A stretch of DNA of 64,000 nucleotides from Takakia lepidozioides. Lineage: Eukaryota > Plantae > Bryophyta. Location: assembly GCA_030704615.1 (NCBI GenBank), contig CM060732.1:34162001-34226000 (forward strand), given 5' to 3'. A model generated the notes under the pieces. The model saw only the letters and a program-made list of their open reading frames with translations, was not told the origin of the DNA and searched no databases. Shown here piece by piece: positions 1 through 10,952 of the stretch; the stretch's first letter is position 1, and each line of letters opens with the position of its first letter. A program made the position numbers and the translations under genes.

Positions 1-1010
1 CCTGGGGGGTGCTTTGTTTTTGAACTCTAGTATCATTCTAAGTATTGCAGAATGACGAATTTGCAAATAGTACTGATATAAGTATTGCCCTTAGATATGT
101 ACAATATATGGTATCAATAGTATGGGTTTATTGGCCCTGCCCGACCGGGTAGGGACTACGCATCAAAGTGGAAGCCGAAGTGCCCTTAACCTTATATCAT
201 GGGTTGTTCCCATGAGACTTAATGGGAACATAAAAGTTTTTAGTTCCCAGTTGGGCACATGTTACACTTCCTATCAATAAAACAATGGCAGGGCCTCCAT
301 GTATCTCACATCCGGGAGGCCCTAAACGCCCCGGCCTGCTTGTAAAAGTTGCAAATATGAATCCATGGGGACGTTTTGCCCCCAAAAGGCCTTCCGTGTC
401 AGCTACTTGCATGCAAAAGCGATCACGTCTTAGGGCAAAGATATTATGGTTTGAATGGCACGGTCGAGACTGGAGACCCACGACTTTTCTCTTTTCCTTC
501 ATACATTTTCTCTCCTGTTCTTTCTTTCTCGTGCATGCCTTGCTATGCTTTGACCTTGAACCACCCTGAGTCTTGGTGAAATGGCCTAATTTTTTCATAC
601 ACTGCAACACCTCACCTAGATGAAAGTTGGATCTGGATCCACCAGCCTCATCCAATTCCAACCTGTCAAAGTCATCGCGATATTTTGGTACAGTAATTCA
701 TCCGTGGAATTTTTGAGGCCCATATAACGAAGGCGCGCATTGGGCTATTTCGGCGCCAAATTTCCCAATAGGAATGTTAGAAACGGCAGGGTTTTCATGG
801 CTTCAAGTTCTCGGCTCGATGGTGTGCATAAATTACTTGTAGGGTTCTTCACTGAAGTTTGCGTCTCTTCTGCTTTTATTATACATTTTGGTTGGCGGAA
901 GAAATGTAGGGAATCGGACAAGCAGTCTGAACACAATGATTTTTCAAATCGTCAATATTTTCATTAAGTGTTTCAGAACTGTACAACAAAAGGATCCAAA
1001 TGAGACTTTG

Positions 1011-1695
1011 CTATGGTGAGGATCCGCTATCACTGTCCGATGCATCCCCGGCCTCATGCAAGGATGGCTGCCTTCCACCTGCCTCCGAACCTGCACTGCC
1101 GCTACCGCTGTTACTCTGAGAAGCCCTCCCCTCAAAAATACCATCCTCACCAGCCGGAACTGTCCACCTGCGTGCGGAAGTGTCCTCAACATTCCCCTCG
1201 CTCTCGGACGCGGATTCTATTACGAACTTCCCTACTCTGCCTTTCACAATTCTATGTTTGGCCTCACGCCTCATTACAATTCTCTGCTCATTCCCGTATG
1301 TCAATTGCTCTAACCGAGTAGGCCTATCCTCCCTCCTGATGGCTTCTCTGGCAGCCGTGTCTGCATAGGCTGGTAGAAAAAAAGGCTTTTGGGGACTCGC
1401 GAGAAACGATTTTCTGGCAAAGAATGGCCGATGCGATTCTGTCTCCTCCTCTGCAACAGGGTCCGATTCGGGCAAGTCTCCCAGCTTCTCCTCGTCGGAC
1501 GACTCTGCAAGGCTGAGTGTACGCACAAACATAGAATGAAGTACATTAGAGAATTCAAACAGGGAATCATCGGCAGGTTGCATGGTCCCTACAACCGAAA
1601 CCAATACACTTACTATGGTGCAACTCACTCGAAGACAGGCATTGGGGGAAGCGGCTGCATCGAACGAATTTCCTGGACTTCCTCCTCTTCATCTT
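1011..1695 (-). pseudogene. 3' exons (acidic/low-complexity C-terminus) of the element A passenger gene
   Basis: Removing 1696-13407 and one TSD joins ...DDVEGEEE-D-EEEEVQEIRSMQPLPPMPVF in frame. GT donor at about 1628, CAG acceptor at 1505-1507; the splice phase is off by one, so it is degenerate. ORF ends at the stop at 1011. Confidence 0.5.
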
Positions 1696-2011
1696 TGTCG
1701 TGCGCATACATATCGCTACACAACTACATCGTTGTCCAAACCACACCACACATATATGCACAATAAAGTAGTCTACCCCAATCGCCCCCCTAGCTGGTGG
1801 ATAGATCCCTCTACCTCCAGATAGCTACAAGATGTAATAGCCACAGCCGTACTAAGTCCTCTATCACTGTCCCTATTGTACTCAAACTCTATAGACCAAG
1901 AGGCCGGGTACAAGAGTAGCCCCATCGTTAGTCGCCATCTTGCAATCTGTGAACTTGAGCCAGGACCTCGTGTGTTCAAGGTCTCCTAGTAGCTGGGCCT
2001 TGCGTTTCTTG

Positions 2012-3560
2012 TTAGCCTTCCATGGTTGTATCCACTCCTACTATCCACATTGCTGCAGATACCACTGCCAGGTTTGGGTCAATCCTGCCATCGACATTCG
2101 GAAGGTGACATGGCGCACAATTACGCACATGGTCCTTCCAAGTTATGCCATCCCGACCCTCCAAGACCAAGACGCCTGAGGGCAAGACCTCTCGAACCCT
2201 CAAAATAACACGTCCTGCAGTCACATCCAGGGTCGTAGGAGCAGTCTGCTGCAGATAGACATAGTCACCAGGGTTGAATCTCCGAACCCCAGGACGATAG
2301 CCCCCACCACGTATGGTAGCATACCTCAACGTATCACGGTGTTGTGCAATGGCAAGGTTCTCGAAAGCCATGGGCATGACTCTCTTGAACAACTCTGCAC
2401 GCTGCTCACATGCACGTGCCCACACATCCGGATCGTCAAGGTTAAGAACGGTAGCAGCTTCTCTGCGAATGGATGTAGGCAAATCCGGCTCTCGGCCAAA
2501 GAGAAGAAAGTATGGTGAGAAGGAGGCAAGTGATGCTTGCTTGCTGAACCTGTAGCCCATGGCTAACCAGGGTAACTGAAGGTCCCAATCTCCTAGGTGT
2601 CCCTTCTGCAAGCCATACTTGCGCAAACCCCTCTTTACTGTCTGAACAACTCTCTCTGCCAAGCCATCGGCCTCAGGATGATCCCGAGAAGTGGTGCGGT
2701 GGTCTATCAAGGCCTTGTCACACAAAGCCTGAAACTCCCCCAAGAACTCTCTCCCTTGGTCCGTGAGTACCTCAGCTGGAGCACCGAATCGGCTAAGCAC
2801 ACAATCCAGGAATGCATACGCAGCTCCCTCACTAGCCTTATCAGGCAATGGAACCAATTCAATCCACTTGGAGAAGTGCTCCACCATCACCAACACGTAC
2901 TTGTTGTGGCGCATGGTCAGTGGCAACGGCCCTGCGAAGTCAAGACTCCACCTGTAGCCCAATCCCATGATCGGAAGAGGGTGCAATTGTGGAGTAGGGG
3001 CGTTGAATGAAGCACGCACCCTGTCACACACCATGCACCTAGCCACAAATTGTTGCACCTCTGTGTGCATACCACGCCACCAATACTGCCCCTGCAGTAG
3101 ACTATGAGTGCGTCGCACCCCAAAATGCCCCAACTCCTCATGGGCATGCCGCACTAACCGTGCCCGCTGTGTTGGGTGAGGCACAATCCTCACTCGACCA
3201 TCCTCCCACACTCGGAGCAGGTGTGTCCCCTCCCACCTGAACCTCTTGGCTCGTTGTAGGATCCGATCCCTCTCCTTGGCAGTCATAGTGGCTGCCGTGT
3301 CTCCACTGCGGAGGTAGTCCAACACAACTGAATCCTCATGTATATCTTTGGCGCCACCCTGCTCATTGCTGGCCTCAGGGTCCTCAGACACTTGATCTAC
3401 AGTCATCCCTGTTGTAGGTCCAACCTGGCCTTCCGCTGCCAAGATACACAGAAATGCAGATGCATGCCATCCGGGCACCATCTCCTCGTCCGTCTCACCA
3501 TGCCACCGAGCTCCAGTGTCATCCTGCTGGCTCGTGCATGGATTGCGACTCAACCCATCT
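2012..3560 (-). pseudogene. Gypsy integrase (HHCC zinc finger + DDE core + GPY/F-like), C-terminus truncated
   Basis: HEELGH...CMVC, WSLDFAGP, VLTDQGREF, ADGLAERVV, FNPGDYVY. Homology appears to break after 'AVVSAA'. Confidence 0.9.
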
Positions 3561-5034
3561 GCATTTCGATTGACCAAACCCGGTCGATGCACCACCTGAA
3601 AGTCATACTCTTGAAGGATGAGTGCCCACCGTGCAAGCTTCCCCGTAAGCTTGTCTGACTCCATCAACCACTTGAGTGGTTGGTGATCCGTGACAAGGGT
3701 GAAGAGATTGCCGTATAATAGCACCTGAAGTGTGCCACGGCCCACACTGCAGCTAAGCATTCTCCCTCATATGAGCTATACTTAGACTCTGCAGCATTGT
3801 TCGAGCGGCTAGCATAAGCCACTACGAACTCTCTTCCCTCATCATCCACCTGTGTGAGCACCGCTCCAAGCCCCAGCATGCTCCAATCTGTATGCAGCTG
3901 AAAAGGACGCCCCCTGATAGGTCGTCTCAAGATGGGCGCCGAGGTCAACCTCGCCTTGAGCTCTTGAAAAGCTTGTTCTTGCTCATCTTCCCACTGCCAC
4001 TCCTGGTCCACCTTGGTCAGCTTGGTTAGAGCCTTTGCAATGGCACTAAATCCCTTAACAAACCGTCTGTAATAGTTTGCTAACCCCATGAAAGCTCGAA
4101 CTCGGCTCACATCCGTGGGGCGTGGAACCTGTGCAATGGACTCTACCTTAGTCTGCTGTACCCCCAATCCTCCAGGATATATCATGTGACCCAGATACTC
4201 AATCTGGTTGTGGAAAAACTTGCACTTGCCCGGATGTAACTTCAATCCGTGCGTCCTCAAGCGCTCAAATACCCCCTGAAGGTGTCTCTCATGCTCCTCC
4301 ACCGTAGCACTAAAGATGATGATGTCATCTATGTAGCACCGAGCAAACTCCACCCCTGCTAGAATCCTGTCCATGACTCTTTGAAACTCAGCGGGAGCGT
4401 TTTTAAGCCCAAATGGTAAGAACCGCCACTGGTATAGGCAATCCTTCCCGTGCTCATTGATCCCCCAGAATGCCGTCTTTTGCTTATCCGCCTCCTTGAT
4501 CGGCAACTGGTGATATCCGGATCGTAAATCCAACGTGCTAAAGACCTTGGAATGCCCAATGGCATCAAAGATCTCCTCTGGTGTTGGCATGGCATACCTA
4601 TCGGACTTGGTCTGACGATTTACAGGCCGGTAATCACCGCACATACGTCTCTCCGTCCAATTGCCATAGACATCCTTCTTAGCTGGCATCACTGTGGCTG
4701 AAGCATACTCTCCACCAGAGAGCTCCACCAAACCTGCCTCCCAGAGATCTTGAGTCCTCATCTGAATCAAAGACCTCTCCATGTCACTGTATCTATAGGG
4801 TCTCCGAAAGATTGGCGTGTCAGTGGCCAACTCAATACGGATCTCTTGACCCTTCAGTGCTCCCAAGTCCTTCAAACTGAAGGCAAAGCAATTCCTGTAA
4901 GCCCTCAGGAACCGCCGTATACGTCGTCTCTCTCCTCCGGTGACAATGGGTCCAATGTCAGGCTCCCAATTGTCCTCCGTAACTGCAACCTTAAGTCCAG
5001 TGGGCTTAGAGGTAGAGGACGCGTCCCGTGGTTG
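3560..5034 (-). pseudogene. Reverse transcriptase + RNase H
   Basis: RMCGDYRPVN, LDLRSGYHQ, LPFGLKNAPAEFQ, YIDD, FQLHTDWS, ECLAAVWAV, TDHQPLKWL. One-nt frameshift at about 3718 (FRCY/LYGN). Confidence 0.95.
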
Positions 5035-5329
5035 CTATGCTGCAACCTCTTGAGCAGTACCCCCTTCCTGCTCAGTCAATGACAAGGCCTCATCCTGCCC
5101 CATCATCTCATCATTGAGAACCTCCTCATCCCGAGAAGAATCCCCAACCTCATCCATCACAGCTGCCTTCGCTGCCAACTCCCTCTGAACCTCGAGCACC
5201 TCCCACATGTGCCATGGATGTCTACACCTCGTGGTCCTCACCGGCTCGCCCCCACTCGCTGCCTGTACCGTCTCGGTAGGCAGAGAGACCGTCAAGGGAA
5301 GTGCACTCCGCACTCTACGTTGCTCAGCC

Positions 5330-6290
5330 ATAGCCAAGCTGACAATCCAGGTCAAGCAATTGAGATCCATTGCTTGCCCCAACACCTGACGACGTGATGC
5401 CTCAGAAAGAGAAGGCACCGCCGTGGTCCCAGTGGAAAACCCCATAGCCCGCTCTCGCTCGTCGGCATTAGGCTCCACTAACTGCTGCAACTGAGCATCC
5501 CACAGGAGGCCAGGTCCACCATCCCGAAAAGCATGGGATCCTGGGAAGCTGAGCAGTGTATGTAATGCTGCTCGTGGTTGACCCACCCTGTTGACCACTG
5601 CCAAAGGCGAACGGTCATCGTGTCTCACACGTTGAGACTGCCTTCCTGTGTCCAAAATGCCATCCACGGTGAGGTGTGCTGGCCGCTGCACCCCATCAAA
5701 TGCACGCTTGAGCAGTGCGGGTGGCATCAAGTTAGTCCACCATAGTCGTGGACGATGAGCCCGTGACCCCACTGCAGCTGCATCCAGCAATGCTGCTGAC
5801 CCAAGCCACGACCGGACTTGATGCACACTGGCCATCACCCTGGCCCGAGAATCACCCATCAGTGGTACATTCTCCAAGATGTATGCTGGAGATACAGCTT
5901 GATGAAGCTGCAAGCAGCGCAAAATCCGCACCATCTCCCAAAACAGACCCGTCCTCGAGTCTCGCAATCCATTGCCATGCCCGGCTGATGAATGCCCTTG
6001 GCAGGGCCAACCTGCCACTATCAGATCAATGGAGCCAACCTGCTCCAAATCTTGCCCCCAACAAGGAAATGTCTGCTGGCAAGGCTTGTTGGTATCCACG
6101 AACTGCAGACACAGGCAACAAGTCAGGGTACTGCTGTACCAACTGAGCCACATGGCGCAGTGAGACGCGTCGTGCAGTCTCATCCCTCTCCACATACAGG
6201 TAACGCCTTACCCGCACACCTGCCTGTAGCACAGCAGCCAATCCGGTGCTGATCCCGCCAAACAAGTCCAGAAGGCAAATGCCTTCATCC
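5330..6290 (-). pseudogene. C5-cytosine DNA methyltransferase domain embedded in pol
   Basis: Motif I LDLFGGI (6254-6271), motif II YLYVE, motif IV GWPCQ (PC at 6001-6006), motif VI ENV (5866-5874), motif VIII HRPR (5746-5757), motif IX ERERAMGF, motif X LGQAMD (5365-5379). Frameshift in a G5 run at about 6055; an in-frame TAG at 5035-5037 separates it from RT. Confidence 0.92.
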
Positions 6291-8180
6291 GGCCGCTGCC
6301 ACACAAGAGGTGTGGTGTCCAATGGCGACAACTGAGGTGGCCCTGGTGCAATCACCGCACTCTCCTCCTCTCCTGACGGTACAAAAGCTTCTTCCCAAGC
6401 TTGTTGCACCCGTCCATCAGCAGCTTGCTGCAAATCCTTGCTCGTACCCCACAACGGAGTGTGAGCAACCATGGCAGGCAACTCCGCCGTACCATGCATG
6501 TCATCCTGCTCTGCTGGAGGTGGCACATCCTCTGCATGGGCATTGCCTTCCAGCAACTCTCCAGGCCAACTAACGGCAGCTGTGAAGGCGGCTAGTGTTG
6601 GCATCTTGCCCCGCTGGGCAGCTGCAATACCCCCAATGAATGTCACAGGGAGCTGTGCACGGCGACCATCCCCTGACTGCCATCCAGGCCTGTAGGATGC
6701 TGACTCCTCCCAGAAATCCAGGGTGAAGCCCATGGGGTATAACACTGCCCCACCAACGAGGACATCGTAAGAGACCGCGTCTGTCACAATGGCCTTGGCT
6801 CGCATCACTGAGCCATCTACAGGATGATCCGGCTGCAGTCTAATAGCCAACTGATGCCGTGTCATGCCGCGAGCCTGCTCTGATCCTCCCAGAGATGTCT
6901 GTATCTGGAAAGGACAAGGCTCCATATCCGCCTCCATGAGGCCCAAACCTGCAATAGCAGCTCTGCCCAACATCAGTGGCTGAGCTCCTGAGTCCAACAA
7001 GACCCGCAGTGGCCGGTACTTCTTGCCTGCCGGTCCACTCAAAGTGAAAATGCCTCCCTGGTTGTCTAACAAGACAACTCCAGGTGTCACCATGGCGCGC
7101 TCAATGGCTGGCCTAGCTGGCAGCTCCGTCAACCTGGCAGCTGCAACTTGCCATGGCGCAGCCGTGGCAGTCTTGACCCTCAAATCCGAGGATCCCTCTG
7201 CCACTACACCTTCCACTAACTCCGCAGAAGATGAAGTGACCTCCCCACTCTCACAGAGTGTTGCTGCTAGTCTGAACACTGCAGCTGGTCTCACCCCCGG
7301 CGTCGCAATCATTGTTGCCGAGAACAGTGGGGCCTGACACACAGAGGTGGCTGCCCCCAATAACACACCGGCCGCACTAGCCTTGGCAGCAGGAGTCAAT
7401 GCTGCACGTGTAGCTCTCCCCAATGGCATAGTAACCTCCGCCTCGGTAACAGTCGGGCGAGAACTAGGTGCCATGGATGGCGTCGACACAGTCTCCGCCA
7501 ATGTGAATGACTGAGGAAGCCTTGCCTGACGGCTTGCCTCCCCACGCTGTGGATCCAATTCCACCTCTGCACCTCGTGGCTCAGGAACTCGTGCTGCTCC
7601 TCGAGTCACGGCTGCAGCAGACTCCACCTGCTCTAGTGGTAGTGCTGCTCCGCACATAAATCCCATGCCTCCCATATCTCCTCCCTCAGGAGCAGGAGGT
7701 GGACCATCCCGCCTGGGAGCCGGTACCGCCTGAGCTATAGCCATGGCAGCGAGCCTCTGCTCTAGCTGCTGAAGCCGATTGGCCATGCCTTGGTCAACAC
7801 CCTGACCTCCGCGTCCTTGGCCATGTTGAGCTTGCCCTTGGCCTGCACCTCGTGCCCGACCACCTCGTCCTCTCTGGGCTGGTCCACCTCGCCCCCGGCC
7901 ACCATTGTTCCCTTGGAACTGGCCTGGGCGCAACTCAGGATGCAAGTCATAACACTGGGCATCTCCATGCCCATACTTGCCACAATGCCCACACTGCAAC
8001 TGTGCAGGCTGTGCTTGTGCCGGCCTTCTGCCACTCTCTGGGCAATCTCTCTTGACATGGGGTCCTCCACATGTCCAACATATCACCCCTGGTTGCTGTT
8101 GGCCTGCAAAAGATGCCACGGGCCTCTGCACCTGAGGTCCCCTGTAAGCTCCATGGAACTTGGGCTGGGCAACCTTGCCC
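6291..8180 (-). pseudogene. Gag C-terminus with two zinc knuckles, RGG-rich tract and aspartic protease
   Basis: CWTCGGPHVKRDC and CGHCGKYGHGDAQC; protease VLLDSGA...DVLVG. Same frame as DNMT motif I. Confidence 0.88.
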
Positions 8181-9234
8181 CCTGACCACGCTGTTGGGCA
8201 GTCCCTTGTGCTTGTGGGCTGACAGCTGTGCCCCGTACAGGCATGTCCTTACCAAATCCAATTGTAACAACTCGCTCCTCCACCATGTTGAGCTCAATCC
8301 GCTCAGCCAGCAGAAACACATCTGCTAATGTGGGTTGGGCTGCTTGTAACAGGGTTGCATCTCGCACCCTTCTCTTGAGCTCCTTGTCCAGAATTCCATA
8401 CCAAAACTGGATTGCCTGAGCTTCAGTAACCCCTTGGGTCACACTTATCAAGCGCCTCATACGAGTGTACGCCTCTCGCAGGCTCTCATTGGGTTTGCGC
8501 TGGAAGTCTTGCAAACTTCGCAGCTTCTCTGTCCGTACACCTTGGTAGTTCCTCCGCAACTCCTGGAAGAACTCCACCACCGGGTTGAATCTAGGCACAT
8601 GTGTTGTAGTCGTGGCAGGAGAAGTAGTAGCACCTTTTGAACTGGTACCACCTACAGAAGTACCAGCACTACTTGCTCCACTACTAGTGCTGGCAGTGGG
8701 AGCTATTGGTACTGATGCAGCTACTGGTCGCGTCGTGCCTCGAGTAATGGAGACGTAGTCAGGTGACCAATACATCCTCCACTCCTCAATCTCTGCTTCA
8801 TGTCCTCGCCTGAACTCGTGGTAATCGTCCATAGGCGGGCCTTCCAAATGCTGGAACAGTCCCTTCCACGCCATGAATGGGGTGAATAGCTGTGGATTGC
8901 GCATCTACTGCAAATCACACCAGCTGTCGAACTCCTGGATAAAGTCATCCAACTCGATTGTGCCCACAGCTCCAGAGTACCTACGAGGCCCCTTGGTAGC
9001 TCCATACATCTCCTCCATGTCGTCCCACAACAATGGCGAATGAAAGTGCACACCTGTTGATGAAACCTCCGAGTCTGTGTCTGACGCTACAGTAGTTGAG
9101 GGTGGCGGTGAAGGTGGTCTGAACCGAATACCTCGTCTTGTGAACCCACTCTCACTGTCACTGCTTGTAGCCGTACTCCCCTCAAAACCCTTGGGTAACT
9201 CCGTAATGACACTCACAATGTGCACCTCCTCCAC
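8181..9234 (-). pseudogene. Gag N-terminus/capsid
   Basis: YSGAVGTIELDDFIQEFDSWCD...FQRKPNESLREAYTRM. In-frame TAG at 8905-8907, where copy 2 has CAA (Gln). Frameshift in a G5 run at about 8180. Confidence 0.8.
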
Positions 9235-9752
9235 GTGACATTATAAGGCTCTAGTACTAATCTAATAGTGACACGGGTGGGCACCTGTTGCAGTCTAAGG
9301 GTCATATCCCAATGGCTCAGGGCACCTGCACCTGCATCCACCGCAAGAACTCCTATGGTTGGCTGGTCATCAACCCAGCCTCACCATAGAAGAAACATTG
9401 GTGGTCTTGCTGGTCATCACTCCAGCCTCACCACCGACAGCATACTCTAGGATTGACCGGTGATCAAATCCGGCCTAATCCCTATGAAAGCAAGCGCCCA
9501 CACAAAACCAACATGGCGCACAGTCAAGCATGCAGGTGTTGGGGGGATCCAAACACAAGAAATCAAAACATCAACACCCCCACACCAAAATCCAGCAGCC
9601 ACGCTGATCCTGCAGAATATCCCAGCCCAAAATCCCGGACTGACTGGCCTCCACCAAGAGAGGCTTTGGCAACTACAAATACAAGGTAATGAAAATAGTA
9701 CAGAGATGGAGGGGAAGAATAGAAGCCCGCCCAAGCAAGATCTAACCCTGAT

Positions 9753-10502
9753 CTATGCTATCAACTTCCAGACTTCTCTCAAAGTACCTCGCTCTGCTTG
9801 ATGGTAAGGTGTAGGGGGTATATCTATGTCCAGAAACTTGCCACTAACCTTGTCCCAAGCTACAGTAGCTCGCTCTAACCAACCCTCCTCCTCTTTCTGC
9901 CAAGTAGAGACAAAGCAACACTCTGCTATCTCCCGCTCACTAAACACTAAAGAAAACAAAGGTAGGGTCTGATAGTCTCTCAACTCGAAAGCTTTGAGAC
10001 GGTTGCGGGTGTCTTCATTGCGAATGACTGCATCGCCTTCAAACAGAACAAACTTGTCCTCGCTAATGAACCCCCGCTCGTGGTTGCTTTGTGTAGAGCG
10101 TGTCTGTCTGCAACACTGTCTAATTGCACAAACTTGTGCAGCTCCTGCTCCTCTGCTCCAGTACACCACGGCCTTGTGGCTGAACACCTTGGTCCCTGGA
10201 GCTGTCTTTGGCTGTGTTCCAAGCCTAGCTTTCACCCACTGTGGTATTTCACCTACAGCTGCAGAACTGCTGGCTCCAACAGAGTTCTGACTGTCCAAGG
10301 CGATATTGAGGCCCTCAATGCCAACTACAGCAGTCTGTTGTCTACTGCTAATGCCTGACTCCCAGTATGCAATCAACTCGTCCAACTGTTCTCCACTCAA
10401 ATCAGTCTGAGTTCCTTGGGAAACATAGATCCTATCCCCTTGTGTGCACATGCTAAGAGAAGAGACCTGCCCTTCAATTACGTCCTCATTTCCCCCAGCC
10501 AT
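9753..10502 (-). CDS. Unknown 249-aa ORF upstream of gag inside the retroelement (ORF0-like)
   Basis: ATG-initiated uninterrupted ORF on the same strand as gag-pol; no motif recognised. Confidence 0.4.
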   Translation of the reverse strand: MAGGNEDVIEGQVSSLSMCTQGDRIYVSQGTQTDLSGEQLDELIAYWESGISSRQQTAVVGIEGLNIALDSQNSVGASSSAAVGEIPQWVKARLGTQPKTAPGTKVFSHKAVVYWSRGAGAAQVCAIRQCCRQTRSTQSNHERGFISEDKFVLFEGDAVIRNEDTRNRLKAFELRDYQTLPLFSLVFSEREIAECCFVSTWQKEEEGWLERATVAWDKVSGKFLDIDIPPTPYHQAERGTLREVWKLIA

Positions 10503-10938
10503 ACAGGGAGTACATCCACAGGTTTGTCTCTCATATAGGCCAGCACAGGTTCTAGAAACAGGATTGTGGATATTTTATGGCACACTCACACTCTAAAAAT
10601 TCCATAGATTTTTAGCAGAGTCCCAAAAACAGAAACCAGGTCTAGGTAGGTAGATTTCCCCTTTCTGCAGCTATCCCCCCAAAACTGAGTCAAACAGAGT
10701 CCATTTGACAAAGATATGACCAATTTGGCTTTAAATCATTTAAATTAGATCAAAAGGGCCCCCTTTTTTTTTCTTTTTTTTTAAAAAGGGTTTTCAAATT
10801 TAAAAATTTAAAGTTACACCCAAAACATTTGGTAACTGGTTCCCGGTTCCCTAAGTTCTATATGGTTTCCTAGGTTCCCTAGCCACGTGCCCTATAATTT
10901 CTAGGATTTCAGTTGTGTTTACAAATGCACCCCCCACA

Positions 10939-10952
10939 GCTCTTGGTTACCA
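10939..10952 (-). promoter_or_regulatory. Possible primer-binding site (tRNA-iMet-like variant)
   Basis: Minus strand reads ...AGTCA-C-TGGTAACCAAGAGC, resembling the canonical TGGTATCAGAGC after a CA dinucleotide; imperfect match. Confidence 0.35.

Noticed and set aside
1-690. LTR or gene at the window start
   Set aside because: No partner repeat or recognisable coding motif.
1709-1760. Helitron 5' end (A|TC)
   Set aside because: A TG terminus at 1696 with a TSD and frame restoration explains the boundary better.
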